Assembly (NCBI GenBank): GCA_035221665.1
Contig: JAVHYY010000119.1
Location: 62,001 to 126,000 of the forward strand
DNA from: Okamejei kenojei
Lineage: Eukaryota
Length of the DNA stretch: 64,000 bases
Reading direction: 5' to 3'
Positions 38,308-50,709 of this stretch are shown here, in pieces. The notes beneath the pieces are model-generated. The model searched no databases, was not told where the DNA came from, and saw only the letters and a program-made list of their open reading frames with translations. Every line of letters starts with the position of its first letter. Positions within the stretch are counted from its first letter, which is position 1. The position numbers were made by a program, and so were the translations under genes.

Positions 38308-39223
38308 CAGAGCCTGCCTTAGGATGTGCGGGGCCCAATTGGTAACAATTTTGGTGATCCCCAGGTTCCCAGCCAAGGTCTGTAGAATCATAGAAATATA
38401 AATAAAGTCTATTATAAACTTTATATCTCTATGGTAGAATGGGAAGTAATCAAAATGTGTGCCTAAAAAATGTCTGCGAGTTAATGGACCAAACAGATCT
38501 AAGCTACATTTTAATATAAAATTGCATACATGTAAGCCTGCAAGTAACAACAAAATGCGTATATCACCTCTGAAAAGTACATAGTTACAATACCACTTGT
38601 TTTAGTGGGAGTGATGGAGAGAAAGAAGGGAGGGAGGGAAGGGGAGAAAGAAGGGATGGAGTGAAGGAGGGAAGGGAAAAAGGGAGTGAGGAAGGAGGGA
38701 GGGAAGGAGAGGAGGGAAGAATGGAAGGGAGGGAGGGAATGAGGGAAGGGAGAGGGAAGAAGGGAGGGAGGGAAGGAGAGAAGGGAGGGAGAGGGCTGGC
38801 TGCCGGAGCGGAAGCCAGGGTCTGGGCAGACGGGTGTGAGCTGAGGCCAAGGTTGGTAAACGTTGCTCCAACCCCTGGCCCGGCTCTCCCTGTATTGTTC
38901 ACCGCATCTCCCCAGGGTGGGAGAGGGGTGGGGCCGGGGTTGTGTACGTGAAGCACGGCGACTGGAGGGGCGGGAGCGCTGCCCCGGGACCGTGAGGGAA
39001 AGACCCACCTCCCCCTCTCCCCCTTCTCCATTTCCCCTCACACCCCCCTCACTGTCTATGCCTTTGTTCCCGCTCCACCCCTCTACCCTCTCTCTACCCC
39101 TCTTCCCCCCTCCACCCTGGGTAGATCTACCCGAGCCGAGAGTAGATTACTCTAGCGCGGGGCCCCATTAGGCGCGGGGCCCAATTGGGAGCAATTGGTC
39201 CAATCGGCTTAAGGCTGGCCCTG
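38308..39223 (+). mobile_element. hAT-like non-autonomous transposon with 8-bp TSD
   Basis: Termini are CAGAGCCTGCCTTAGG and CTTAAGGCTGGCCCTG. TSD CTTCGGCC sits at 38300-38307 and 39224-39231. Subterminal GCGGGGCCCAATTGG occurs at both ends. Confidence 0.85.
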
Positions 39224-40159
39224 CTTCGGCCTATCAAGTCCGCGCCCACCAACGATCACCCGTTCACACACTAGTTCTATCTTTAGTTTAGAGATACAGC
39301 GCGGAAACAGGCCCTTCGGCCCACCGAGTCTGTGCTGACCAGTGATCATCCGTTCACAAACTAGTTCTGTGTTTAGTTTAGTGTTATAGCGTGGGGTCTT
39401 CGACCGCCGGCTCTGGGAGCTTCAATCCTCCAGACTGCACATGGTTCGATTGCCCCGACCGTGGGAGAATAAAAGAGGAAGAAGCTTGGACTTTATTACT
39501 TTCCAATGATCATGAGGGGTCCGCTGTGGTGGATGTTTATGTTAACTTTTATGTAGTTGTGTGTCTTGTTGCTTTTTTTTGGTAATTTGAATTTCACTGT
39601 ACCTTAATTGGTACGTAACAATAAACTGACCTTGAAAGCTTGAATTGGCCTCCACAGCCTTCTATGGCAAAGAATTCCACAGATTCACCACCCTCTGAAT
39701 ATAGAAATTCCTCCTCATTTCCTTCCTAAAGAATGTCCTTTAATTCTGAGGCTATGACCTCTCCCACTAGTCAAAATATCCACTCCACATCCACTCTATC
39801 CAAGCCTTTCATTATTCGGTAAGTTTAATTGCGGTCCCACCTCATTCTTCTAAACTCCAGCGAATACAGGCCCAGTGCCGTCAAACACTCATCATATGTA
39901 AACAAACTCATTCCTGGGACGATTCTTGTAAACCTGCTCTGGAACCTCTCCAGAGCCTGCACATCCTTCATCAGATATGGGGCTCAAAATTGCTCACAAT
40001 ATTCCATATGTGGCCTGACCAGCACCTTAGAGAGCTTAGCATTGCATCCGAGTCGCTCAATGTATATTGTCGCTGGAGTTTTACAATGGAGTGATCTGCA
40101 ATCACTTTCTCTTCCAGACCGGGAGATTGGGTAACTGACGGGATATCTGGGATCGGACA

Positions 40160-40199
40160 ATGATCGGGAGATCGTTCATCCTCCTCTCCCTTCTCCAAG
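40160..40199 (+). CDS. Siglec-like gene, leader exon (MIGRSFILLSLLQ)
   Basis: Acceptor ttctcttccag ends at 40117. ATG at 40160, donor CAAG|gtacca in phase 1. Joined to the next exon it gives the signal peptide MIGRSFILLSLLQAVVS. Confidence 0.75.
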
Positions 40200-40307
40200 G
40201 TACCATCAGCAGGAACTCAGAAGTGTTTACGGGCGAGGAGGCTTTTACTGGTTGGCTGCCAGTGACTAGCGGAGTTCCGCAGGGGTCGGTGCTGGGGCCG
40301 CTACGAT

Positions 40308-40850
40308 CCTTTCGCTGAACACCTTCGCTCAGTTTGCCTGGACTTACCCGATCTCCCGGTTGCCAAACACTTTAATTCCCATTCCCATTCCCACACTGAA
40401 CTTTCTGTCCTAGTTCTCCTCCACTGTCAGAGTGAGGCCAAATGTAAATAAGAGGAACAGCATCTCATATGTTGACCGGGCAGCTTACAACCCAGTGGTA
40501 TGAATATCGATTTCTCTCACTTCAAGTAAATCCTGCATTCTTTCTCTCTCCATCTCTCCCCCACCCAAGTTGCACCAGATTCTCGTTCCCACCCAACAAT
40601 CAGCTAACAATGGCTTGTTTTCTTTATCATCATTTCTTTTTTGCATATCTTTCATTCATTGTTCTGGGTCTCTCTACATCATCGTCTATATCTCTCGTTT
40701 CCTTTTCTCGTGACTTTCAGTCTGAAGAAGGGTCTTGACCCGAAACGTCACCCATTCCTTCTCTCCAGAGATGCTACCTGTCCGGCTGAGTAACTCCTGA
40801 TTTTTGTGTCTATCTTCAGTTCAAACCAGCAACTGCAGTTCCTTCCTACA
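40308..40850 (+). mobile_element. Penelope-like element 3' fragment (GIY-YIG C-terminus plus pseudo-LTR)
   Basis: FAEHLRSV...LPVAKHFNS.SHSHT.LSVL.LLHCQSEAK...EEQHLI...GSLQPSGMNIDFS. Similar copies lie at about 43200-43560 (+) and 55200-55470 (-). Confidence 0.85.
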
Positions 40851-41212
40851 CACCACTACTCTTCACGTTATATATTAATGATTTGGACGTGAGGATTGAA
40901 GGCTTTGTGGCCAAGTTTGCAGATGATATGAAAATAGGTGGAGGGGCAGGTAGTGTAGAGAAAGCAGGGACTCTGCAGATGGACATGGACAGGTTGGGGG
41001 AGTGGACAGAAAAGTGGCAGATGGAATATAGTGCAGCAAAGGAGGGAGTGACACACTGTGGGAGGGGCGGTGAGGAGAGAGGCTCTACAGCTACACTACC
41101 ATGCAGCTCTTCTACGCTCTGTACACACCACAGCGCAGGATAAAAGTGTGGAAAGTGAGTCCAGTGAACTGACAGGGTGTTCGCTGCTAAAGATTGTTCC
41201 TTCTCTCCTCAG

Positions 41213-41581
41213 CCGTGGTGTCGGAACAGTGGAGTGCGGACATTCCACTAGATGTGACAGCGCAGAATGGTTTGTGTGCACGGATTCCGTGTCACTACAG
41301 GTACCCGTGGTATCTGAAGAATAAACCACGGACTGGAATCTGGTTTAACAGTGACATGCAGAACAACAAAGTTCTGGTAGCCTTCCACTCCGGGGATCCC
41401 AGTCTAGAATCATCAAAGTTTCAGCATCGGACCCGGCTGTCTGGAGTCCTGAGAGACAACGACTGTTCCCTGGTTATAGACAACGTCACACAGCAAGATG
41501 CAGGTCGTTATTTATTCAGAGTTGAATTCACTGGCGGATGGGTTTACAGCTACCCCACTGTAACACAGCTCCGTGTTATTG
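41213..41581 (+). CDS. Siglec-like gene, V-set Ig exon
   Basis: ctcctcag|...G|gtaagt, 369 nt, phase 1/1. Motifs W..GLCARIPC.Y.YP...GIWF...FQHRTRL.G....DCSLVI......DAGRYLFRVE show the Siglec Cys pattern and the F-strand Arg. Confidence 0.93.
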
Positions 41582-42560
41582 GTAAGTGCTCTGTATAACT
41601 CACTCATTCACTCAACAGTTACTTCCCAGCTGTTATCAGGCAACTGAACCATCCTACCACAACCAGAGAGCAATGCTGAACTACCATCAACCTCACTGGT
41701 GAACCTCGGACTATCCTTGATCGGACTTTGGACTGTACACGTTCCCTATTCACACACACACCACAGCATCAGGATCCTTCTGGTTAATTCCTGGATCATC
41801 GTGACACCTCCAGTTTTTGCACTGTTATTACCAGGTTTTCATTGCCCATATATGCTCCTAATATCGACTCCATCTACACTTCACTCAGCCTGAACTACAC
41901 TAAACAATGACTGTCTTATCGTTACTGCGCTTAGTGGAGAACTCTGTCGCATCTTCCCGATCACAGGTCATCATAACATTCCTGATCCCCGACCTTTTCA
42001 ACCTCCCCTGACCATCGTACCTCCTTGTTCAGGGATCATCCTTGTTTAGTTTAGTTTGGATAGTTAATATTATTGTCAAGTGTACCGAGGTACAGTGAAA
42101 GGCTTTTTTGTTGCGTGTTATCCAGTCAGTGGAAAGACAATACATGATTACAATCGAGCCGTTTACAGTGTACAGCTGCATGATAAGGGAATAATATTTA
42201 GTGCAAGGTTAAGCCAACAAAGTCCGATCAGGGATAGTCTGAAGGTCACCAATGAGGTAGATAGTTCAGGACCGCTCTTTGGTTGTGGTAGGATGGTTCA
42301 ATTGCCTGATAACAGCTGGGAAGAAACTATCACTGAATCTGGAGGTGTGCGTTTTCACACTTCTGTACCTCTTGCCCGATGGGAGAGGGGAGAATAGGGA
42401 GTGACCGGGGGTGAGACTCGTCCTTGATAATCTGGAGGTGTGTGTTTTCACACTTCTGTACCTTGTAAAAACATAATTCCTCGTGTGGGACTGGGATTAC
42501 GATGTGAACCGATGTATCTTGTGATACTTAACTAACAGTATCTGTTTCTGTGTGTGTTAG

Positions 42561-42854
42561 ATTTCACAGATAAACCCACGATATTCCCTGCTGAAATGGT
42601 GGCAGGTCAGCCTGTGAACGTGTCCTGCATCTTCAACACCACGTGTGATGGAACGGCACCCACCTTAACCTGGGTCACCCCCGCTGATGAACCACCGTCA
42701 GCCTCACACAGCGTAACTCAGCGGGGAGACACTCTGATATATTCTTCTGATCTGTCCCTGACCCCAGCGCTCAAACATCACGGGAAAAACCTCACCTGCA
42801 GCGTCAGATACCCAACTGTGTCATCGGAGCAGAACCTCACAGTGACTGTGCAAT
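42561..42854 (+). CDS. Siglec-like gene, first C2-set Ig exon
   Basis: tgttag|...T|gtaagt, 294 nt. DFTDKPTI...VSCIFNTTCDGTAPTLTW...LSLTPALKHHGKNLTCSVRY includes the extra Cys used for the Siglec inter-domain disulfide. Confidence 0.93.
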
Positions 42855-43729
42855 GTAAGTACGGAGATCGTTTATTGTGCAGGAACAGCAATAATCCATT
42901 AGCAGTGCTGATACATGAGGTCATAGGCGATATGAGCAGAATTAGGCCATTCGGCCCATCATGTCTACTCTGCCATTCAATCATGCTGATCTATCTCTCC
43001 CTCATAATCTCTTTCTCGTGCCTTCTCCCCATAACCTCTGACACCCATTCAAATGAACACCAAAAGCTGGAGTAAATCAGCGGGACAGACAGCATCTCTG
43101 GAGAGAAGGAATGGGTGGCGTTTCGGGTCGAGATACATCTTCAGACTGAAAGGCACGGGAAAGGGAAACGAGAGATATGGACGATGATGTAGAGAGATGA
43201 AGGACCTACCTGATCTCACGGTTGCTAAACACTTTAATTCTCCTTCCCATCCCCACACTGACCTTTATGTCCTAGGACTCCTCCACTGTTAGAGTGAGGC
43301 TAAACGCAAATTGGAGGAACAGCATCTCATATATTGGGCAGTTTACAGCTCAGTGGTATGAATATAGATTTCTCTAATTTTAGGTCGCCCCGGCATTCCC
43401 TCTCTCTCCATCCCTCCCCCACCTAAGTCGTACCAGCGTCTCGTTCTCACCCAACAAACAGATAATAATGGCCTGTTTCCTTTATCATCGTACAATTTTT
43501 GCATGTTTCTCATTCTTGTTCTTTATCTCTCTACACCATCATCTATATCTCTCATTTCCATAAACATAGAACTAGTGTGTGAACGCTTGTTCGATGGTCG
43601 GCGCGGACTCAGTGGGCTGAAGGGCCTATTTCCACGCTGTATCTCTAAAGTCTAAAGACTAAAGTCTTTTACAATCCAAGGATCGCGGATGTGTCACAAA
43701 ACTGGTTGCTGAGTTTTATCTGTTTGCAG

Positions 43730-44011
43730 ACGCCCCCCAGAATCTCTCAATCACTTCCCCCAACAACGTGAACAATTCCTGGGTCAGTGTAAAGGAAGGA
43801 AACTCTGCAGCGATCCTCTGCTCCGTCCAGAGTTTCCCAGCATCTAACCTGACGTGGAGACATCTCGGTGTCACGCTGAACACAACACGTTCCAGCAATG
43901 AGCTGTGGATGAAGTTCCCTCAGCTGACACGGCAGGATGCTGGGGTCTATCAGTGTGTGGCGGAGAATGAACACGGGACAGCAGAGACGGATGTGACCCT
44001 CACTGTAGAAT
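43730..44011 (+). CDS. Siglec-like gene, second C2/I-set Ig exon
   Basis: tttgcag|...T|gtgagt, 282 nt. YAPQNLSI...ILCSVQSFPASNLTW...DAGVYQCVAENEHG. Confidence 0.92.
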
Positions 44012-44070
44012 GTGAGTAGACACACACTGCCATGTCTATAAACGCAGATGGATTATTGGCCCATGAGAGA

Positions 44071-44371
44071 NNNNNNNNNNNNNNNNNNNNNNNNNNNNNN
44101 NNNNNNNNNNNNNNNNNNNNNNNNNNNNNNNNNNNNNNNNNNNNNNNNNNNNNNNNNNNNNNNNNNNNNNNNNNNNNNNNNNNNNNNNNNNNNNNNNNNN
44201 NNNNNNNNNNNNNNNNNNNNNNNNNNNNNNNNNNNNNNNNNNNNNNNNNNNNNNNNNNNNNNNNNNNNNNNNNNNNNNNNNNNNNNNNNNNNNNNNNNNN
44301 NNNNNNNNNNNNNNNNNNNNNNNNNNNNNNNNNNNNNNNNNNNNNNNNNNNNNNNNNNNNNNNNNNNNNNN
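44071..44371. other. Assembly gap within a Siglec intron
   Basis: N run. Its true size is unknown and it could hide further exons. Confidence 1.
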
Positions 44372-46357
44372 CATCTCTCTTGTCCCACACATGCACACAT
44401 CTCTCACATTCACTCGAACACGCCACACACACACACCTCACTCACATGATCCTACACACACACACACACTTTTCCCTCTCTCTCACACACATTCTCTGTC
44501 CCACACATGAACACATATCTCACACACACACTCGAACACACACACACTCTCTCACACTCACCCTCTCTCACACATTCACACTCACTCAAGCACACACACA
44601 TTCTCTCACAAATAATCGCGCACACACACGCTCTCTCTCTCTCACGCACTCACTCAAACACACACCTCAAAATCTCGGAGAAAACCCACGCAGGTCACGG
44701 GGAGAACGTGCAAACTCTGTACAGACGGGCACCGGTGGTCAGGATTGAACCCAGGTGTCTGGCGCTGTGAGACAGCAGCTCTCCCAATGCGCCACCATGC
44801 CGCCCACATCTACAGCCTTTTGTGTTCCCTATCTGTATGTAGCCTGTCTGACCTCTGCCTGACATTGTTGGATCATATTGGGCTTTCTACCCAGGATCCC
44901 TCAAAGCCTCCCTCTATGTATCGTCACTCCTCACGTTGCTTAAAACACAAAGTGCTGGAGAAACTCAGTGGGGCAGGCAACATCTTTGGACTTATAGTGC
45001 CTTACAGCGTGGAAACAGGCCCATCGGCTCAACTTGCCCACACTGGCCAACGAGCCCCATCTACACTTGTCCCACCTGCCCTACTTCGGCCCATATCCAT
45101 CCAAACATGTCTTATCCATGTTACCTGTTCAACTATTTCTTAAACGTTGCAATGGTCCCAGCCTCAACTCCCTCCTCCGGCAGCTCGTTCCATACACCCA
45201 CGACCCACTGCATGAAAATAAGTTACCCCTCAGGATCCTTTGAATCTTCTCCCTTCATCTTAAACCTAAGTATAGAATCCTAGCGTGCTTAACCTCTCCC
45301 TATAGTCTGAAGAAGGGTCTCGACCCGAAACGTTACCCATTCCTTATCTCCAGAGATGCTGCCTGTCCCGCTGAGCTGCTGCAGCTTTTTGTGTCTGCGC
45401 GATTACAATAGTGCCATCCACTGTGTACACATACAAGATAAGGGAATAACGTGTAGAGCAAACAAAAGCCAGTAAAGTCCTATCAAAAATAGCACAATAG
45501 TAATTGAAGACTGCGACTGGTTATGGTAGAATTGTTCAGTTACCTGACAACAGCTGGGAAAAATCTGTCCCTGAATCTGCAAGTGTGCGTTTTCACACTT
45601 CTGTACCTCCTCCCCAATGGGAAAGGGCAGAAGAGGGAGTGGCCGGGGTGCGACTCATCCTTGATTATGCTGCTGGCCATGCTGAGGCAGCGGGAGATGT
45701 AGATGGAGTCAACCGGCTCACATGTCACGTCTACACTAGTCCCTCATGCCTGCATTTGTCCCAAATCCCTCCAAACCTGTCCTATCCATGTACCTGTTCA
45801 ACTATTTATTAAACGCGGGGATAGTCCCAGCCTCAACTACCTACTCTGGCAGCTCGTTCCATACACCCACCACCCTTTGTATGGAAAAAAATTACCCCTC
45901 AGGTTTCATTAAATCTTCTCCCCTCTCCTCCTAAACCGATGTCGTCTGGTTCTCTATTGCCCTTCTCTGGGCAAGAGACTCTGTGCGTCTACCCGATCAA
46001 TTCCTCCCAATAATTTTGCTCACCTCTATAAGTCACCCCTCATCCGCTTGTCCTCAAAGGAATAGAGTCCCAGCCTGCCCCAACCTCTCCCTGTAACTCA
46101 TGCTTCCAATCCTGGAGAACAAGGGTAGGTGACAAGGGTCTTTTATTTACTGTTGTCCTCTTGAGTTTTATTGCCTTTATAACCCGTTATCGCCTATCCC
46201 AGAGCCAACAATGGACCATTGTGGGCTGGACGTTTTTCCTAATCATCGTTGCTTTTGCATATCTTTCATTTGTGCCGTCGATATCTCTCGCTTCCCGCTC
46301 TTCGACTCTCAGTCTGAAGAAGGGTCTCGACGTGAAACGCCACATATTCATTTTTTC

Positions 46358-46690
46358 GAGATGCTGACTGACCCGCTGGGTTACTCCAGCACATTGTACC
46401 TATCAACGTTCTCCAGAGATGCTGCCTGACCCGCTGAGTTACTCCAGCACTTTGTACTTATCTGTGTTCTACCGAGATGCTGCCTGACCCGCTGAGTTAC
46501 TCCAGCACTTTGTACTTATCTGTGTTCTACAGAGATGCTGCCTGACTCGCTGAGTTACTCCAGCACTTTGTACATATCTGTGTTCTCCAGAGATGCTGCC
46601 TGACCCGCTGAGTTACTCCAGCACTTTGTACTTATCTGTGTTCTACAGAGATGCTGCCTGACCCGCTGAGTTACTCCAGCACTTTGTGTC
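46358..46690 (+). repeat. Tandem array of about 59-bp units derived from the Penelope pseudo-LTR
   Basis: AGAGATGCTGCCTGACCCGCTGAGTTACTCCAGCACTTTGTACTTATCTGTGTTCTAC occurs about 5.5 times. Confidence 0.9.
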
Positions 46691-48243
46691 TATCATGAAT
46701 ATTTATACAGTATATTGTTTCAATGAGAAGGTGATATAGGATCGCCTTTAGACTTCAAACAGGTGGTTCATGTTTACAAGATTACATTATAGGAGTAGAA
46801 TTAGGTCATTCGGCCCATCGAGTCCATTCCGTAATTCAATCATGGCTCTCTGCCTCGTAATCCCATTTTCCTGCCTCCACAATCTCCGAGGCCACCTCAT
46901 TCAGAGCCCATCCAGTCCAGGTGGCCTATCCACTCTCAGACCTTTCAGATTTCCCAGCACCTTCTCATTAGTAATCGCCACTCCACTAACTTCCACCCCT
47001 GACTCTCTAAGATTGCAAGCACACTGCTGGTGTCCCCCACGGTGAAGACTGATGCAAAAAAGTTATTCAATTTCTCTTCCATTTCTTGATTTCTCCTGCA
47101 TCATTCCCCGCAGCCCAACATCCACTCTTGCCTCTTTTTTTACTCTTTCTATATCAGAAGAAACTCTTGCCATCCTCTTTTACATTATTGGCCAGCTTAC
47201 ATTCGTACTGAATATAGACACAAAAAGCTGAACTAACTCAGCGGGACAGGCAGCATCCCTGGAAAGAAGGAACGGGCGACGTTTTGCGTCGAGGTCCTTC
47301 TTCAGACTGGTTAGGGATAAGGTAAACGATGGATACAGACGATGGTGTGGAGAGATAAAGAACAATGAATGTAAGATGTGAGAGCAGGAGGCAGCACAGA
47401 GGGGGAGCAGTGAACGAGGATGTGGCAGAACTGCACCATGTTGCAGGAAAGATATTGTCAAGCTTGAAAGTGTTCAGAAAAGTTTTACGAGGATGTTGCC
47501 AGGGCTAGAGGAGATGAGCTATAGGGAGAGGTTGATTAGGCTGGGTCTAACAGGAGGACGAGAGGTAACGTTATCGAGGCGTATAGATCATGAGGGGAAT
47601 AAATCGGGTCGATGCACAGAGTCTCTTGCCCAGAGTAGGGGAATCGAGGACCAGAGGACATAGGTTCAAGATGAAGGGGAAAAAATTTAATAAGAACCTG
47701 AGGGGTGACTTTTTCACACAAAGAGAAGTTGATGTACGGAACAAGCTGCCAGAGCAGGTAGTTGAGGCAGGGACTATCCCAGCATTTACTGAACAGTTAG
47801 ACAGGTACATGGATAGGACAGGTTTGGAGGGATTTTGGCCAAATGCGGGCAGGTGGCACTAGTGTATCTGGACATGTTGGCCGGTGTGGGCCAGTTGGGC
47901 CGAAGGGCCTGTTTCCATACTATCACCGTATGACCAACTGTTGTCGGAAAGAGGGGGAGAACTTATTCAAAGTAGACATATCTTGAGGAGATTTTGCAGT
48001 GGAGCAGACAAAATGTGTAGGAAGGAACTACAGATGCTGGTTTAAACTGAAGATAGACACAAAAAGCTGGAGTAACTCAGCGGGTCAGGCAGCATCTCTG
48101 AAGAGAAGGAATGGTAGACGTTTCGGGTCGAGACCCCTCAGTAAACTAGTCACATCAGTACTTCATCTTTTCTCTCTGTATTGTCCCGGTTGGCACGTGG
48201 AATTCTGTCTTGTGAACACGTTTAAATCTTTGTTTGTCTTTAG

Positions 48244-48525
48244 ATGCTCCGTGGAATCTCTCAATCGCTTCCCACAATGGCGCAAACAGTTCCCGAGTCA
48301 GTGTAAAGGAAGGAAACTCTGCAGCGATCCTCTGCTCCGTCCAGAGTTTCCCAGCATCTAACCTGACGTGGAGACATCTCGGTGTCACGCTGAACACAAC
48401 ACGTTCCAGCAACGAGCTGTGGATGGAGTTCCCTCAGCTGACACGGCAGGATGCTGGGGTCTATCAGTGTGTGGCGGAGAATGAACACGGGACAACAGAG
48501 AGGGAAGTGACCCTCACTGTAGAAT
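48244..48525 (+). CDS. Siglec-like gene, third C2/I-set Ig exon (duplicate of 43730-44011)
   Basis: tctttag|...T|gtgagt, 282 nt, with 20 nt differences from the previous exon by manual count. Confidence 0.92.
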
Positions 48526-50673
48526 GTGAGTAGACACACACTGACACGTCCCTCAAAATGTCATAAGTGATAGGAGCAGAATTAGATTGCCGAATGGCCA
48601 AATCTACTCTGCCATCAATCATGGCTGATCTATCTCTCCCTCCTTACCCCATTTTCCTGCCTTCTCATCAAGTCATAGAGTTATAGAGCCATAAAGGCAT
48701 AGTCATGGAGAGCGATCCAGCGTGGAAACAAGCCCTTCGGCTCAACTTGCTTTCAATGGTCTCCATGTCCCAGCTACATTAGACCCACCTGCCCACGTTT
48801 GGCCCATATCCCTCCAAACCTATCATATCCATGTACCTGTCTGTTTCTTAAACGCTGCCTCAACTACCTCCTCTGGCGGCTCATTCCATACACCAACTAA
48901 CCTGCGCACCAAGAAATAGAGACCCAGCCTACTCATCCTCTGCCTATTGCTCAGGGCCTCGAGTGCTGGCCACATCCTCGTAAATCTTCTCAGTACCCTT
49001 TCCTGCTTGACAACATCTTTCCTATATTTCCTCTCTCCTCTTCTGAGATGGGGAAGATTAGTTAAAGTTATTTGAAGCATTGTGTGCAGTTCTGGTCACC
49101 ACATTACAGGAAGGATGTGGCCAGGGTGCAGAACGCTGCCTGGATTAGAGAGTTTTAGCAATAAGGAGTTTTAAGGGGGGCACAGTGGTTCAACGGTAGA
49201 GTTGCTGCCTCACACCACCAGAGAGCCGGGTTCGATCATGACTACGGGTGCTTGTCTGCTGGGAGTTTGTAAGTTCACCTCGTGGCCTATGTGGGTTTTC
49301 TCCAGGTGCTCCGGTTTCCTGCCACACTCAAGTCGTACAGGTTTGTAGGTTAATTGACGGTATAATTGTGAATTGTCCCTCGTGTGTGTGTTGGATAGTG
49401 TAAGTGTGCGGGGGTCGCTGGTCGGCGCTGACATGGTGGGCCGAAGGGCATACTTCCTTGCTTTATCTCTAAACTAAACAAAACTAAAGAGGTTGGAAAG
49501 ATTTGGATTGTTTTCTGTGGAGTTGATAAGTTCATAAGGTCATAATTGAAAGGAGCAGAATTAGGCCATTCGGCCCATCAAGTCTACTTCGCCATTCAAT
49601 CATGGCTGATCTAACTCTCCCTCCTAACCCCATTTTCCTGTCTTCCCATAACCTCTGACACCCGTACTAATCAAGAATCTATCTATCTCTGCCTTAAATA
49701 TACCCACTGACTTGGCCTCCACTGCTGTCTGTGGCAATTCACAATTCACAGATTTACAACCCAGTTCAAAGGCTGAGGGGTGATCTGATCGAAATATATA
49801 AAACTATGAGATGCATAGAGAAGGTAAACAGTCAGAATCTTTTTACCATGGTACAAATATCAAGGTTGAGAGGGCAGAGCTTCAAGGTGAGAAGAGAAAA
49901 TGGTAAATGTGCGGGGCAAGTTTTACAATACAATATGACACGATAGAACTTTATTTATCCCAGGAGAGAAATTGATTTGCCAACAGTCATAAATACACAA
50001 AATCCATGAAACGTGGAATTAAAGTGACGAGTGGAATGGCTTGGGGGATGTGAAAGATTACATGGGAGGGGGGTGGGGAGGGGAATCAGTCTCAGTCAAC
50101 CCCACGACAGAATGGGGAGGAGTTGTACAGTTGGATAGCCACAGGGAAGAAGGATATCCTGTGGCGTTCTGTGCTGCATCTTGGTGGGACCAGTCTGTTG
50201 CTGAAGGTGCTCCTCAGGTTGATCAGTGAGTCAAAGAGGGGGCGCAGTTTGAGGAGCATCCTCCCCTCCAAGACCACCTCCCGTGAATCCAACTCTGCCC
50301 CCAGGACGGAGCCGGTCTTCCTGATGAGCTTGTTGATCCGGTTGACATCCACGGCCTTCCCCTGCTGTATCAGTACACGGCAGCGAAGAAGATGGCAGTG
50401 GCCAACATCGATTGATAGAACATATGCAGCTTCTTGCTGAGAATGTTGAAGGAGCAGAGCCTTCTCAGAAAGTACAGCTGGCTCTGTCCCTTCTTGTAGA
50501 GGGCCTCAGTGGTCTTGGATCAGTCCAGTTTACTGAAGATAGACACCAAATGCTCAGCGGGACCGGCAGCATCTCTGGAGAGAGGGAATGCGTGACGTTT
50601 TGGGTCGAGACCCTTCTTCAGACTGATAGTATTTGTACAAGGTATTTGTACTCCCTGGTAAACTGTTTAACAG

Positions 50674-50709
50674 ACCATGGAGAGAATCTGCAACACGCTG
50701 CCAAGGGCG
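50674..50709 (+). CDS. Possible 36-nt stalk exon (YHGENLQHAAKG)
   Basis: tttaacag|...G|gtgatg, phase 1/1 and open. The donor is weak and the exon is flanked by repeat sequence. Confidence 0.3.

Noticed and set aside
41101-41154. ATG...GAAA|gtgagt as the Siglec leader exon
   Set aside because: Phase 0 is incompatible with the phase-1 V exon, it is not signal-peptide-like, and a better leader exists at 40160-40199.
46358-46690. CRISPR-like regular repeats
   Set aside because: There are no unique spacers. It is a eukaryotic tandem repeat of Penelope origin.
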